Source of the DNA: Pocillopora damicornis
Lineage: Eukaryota
NCBI RefSeq assembly: GCF_003704095.1
Contig: NW_020844041.1
Location: forward strand, 1 to 64,000
Length of the DNA stretch: 64,000 bases
Direction of reading: 5' to 3'
A model generated the notes under the pieces. It saw nothing but the letters and a program-made list of their open reading frames with translations, was not told where the DNA came from and ran no database searches. Within the stretch, counting starts at the first letter, position 1. Each line of letters begins with the position of its first letter. Below, piece after piece: positions 63,233 to 64,000 of this stretch. Position numbers and translations under genes: made by a program.

Positions 63233-64000
63233 TAACAGCAATGTGATGGTCACCTGACCATGACCAGCCGTGTTATAACAACATTCGTTGTCCTGATTGT
63301 TTCCATCGTTGTAGGAGCCACCCCACCCCCGCAGCTATCACGAAAACCATCTCCACTGCTTCCCCCAGAGTACTCTCCTTCTCCTCCTGACTGTCCATGA
63401 GCTCCACTTCCTCCACCAAACCCACCAACAACATTGTTATGCAGTGATCTCCCACCCTCCCCTCCCTGAAGAAATCCCTACCACCTTCTCCGCCCCTTCC
63501 CTTGGTCCCCTAGAAATGAGTTCCACTTCTTCCACTGGAGTTAAACCCGCCACCACCACTACCTGAAGACAAAACAAAAACAAACGCGATGATTAAGGTT
63601 TTAATTCCAAAACCTTTTTTTCTGTTTTGATAATCCCTAATGTACTCATATCAGCGTGGTCAAACCTTTAAATTATGTATTTATATTGTGCCGCCATCCC
63701 TCAGGCAGAGTATTTTTATATGTGCCTGTATTATCCCTGGAAGTATAAACTGGTCCTCATCCAAGGTACGTAGTCTTCGTGTTTTTATTTTGTTTTGTGG
63801 GATTAGGGCCAATGATTTCAGCTCTCTTAAAGATGACACAAAGGCTCGCTGTTGATGATCGTAATGATACACAATCTTAATTCGTATCTTCTTCAAAAAT
63901 TAAACATGTGGGGCGTTCGAGTAATTGAGAATTACGTAACATTTTTACAAGCCCTAAAGGGGCAAGGAAAAATGTTAGGAAGGAGAAATTAACCATCTAC
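63233..64000 (-). pseudogene. Copy D pseudogene: terminal glycine-rich exon (63233-63562) with a premature stop and frameshifts; the 519-nt exon is deleted
   Basis: GSGGGGFNSSGRSGTHF* (TAG at 63510-63512). A junction at ~63820 fuses the introns that flank the 519-nt exon in copy C. Confidence 0.85.

Larger units (their letters stand above)
45280..64000 (-). repeat. Tandem segmental duplication, ~8-8.5-kb units (~45280-53810, ~53810-61850, ~61850-end)
   Basis: The long 3' flank (e.g. CAGTCAAGAAATTCACAAAC.ATATACTGGAGAACATTTT) recurs at ~45641, ~54240 and ~62039, and the introns are shared. Confidence 0.85.

Overview
AT-rich, intron-rich animal DNA in a gapped draft scaffold; repeat content and gene families suggest a stony coral (inference). 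Left: an FBXO9 gene (- strand, with one gap-flanked internal contig flipped to +) sits head-to-head with a ~36-kb CENP-E/kinesin-7 gene (+, 7611-43839). The two share a 340-bp promoter with CCAAT, YY1-like and CHR-like motifs. CENP-E has a stalk expanded by ~4.5 tandem 327-nt repeats and a C-terminal CAAX (CANQ). A ~2.3-kb block of its tail exons appears twice, either side of ~12.4 kb of unrelated gap-bounded contigs (likely haplotig or mis-scaffolding). The most notable element is a birth-and-death cluster of genes with the architecture signal peptide-PAN/apple-EGF-ALK/LTK-type TNF-like+glycine-rich domain and no transmembrane or kinase region. It comprises three copies with open exons, one pseudogene with an exon deletion, an orphan signal exon, and one copy whose PAN-EGF cassette is joined to TSP1 and WSC-like exons. 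MITEs, tRNA-derived repeats and a nested tRNA-carrying element are common.
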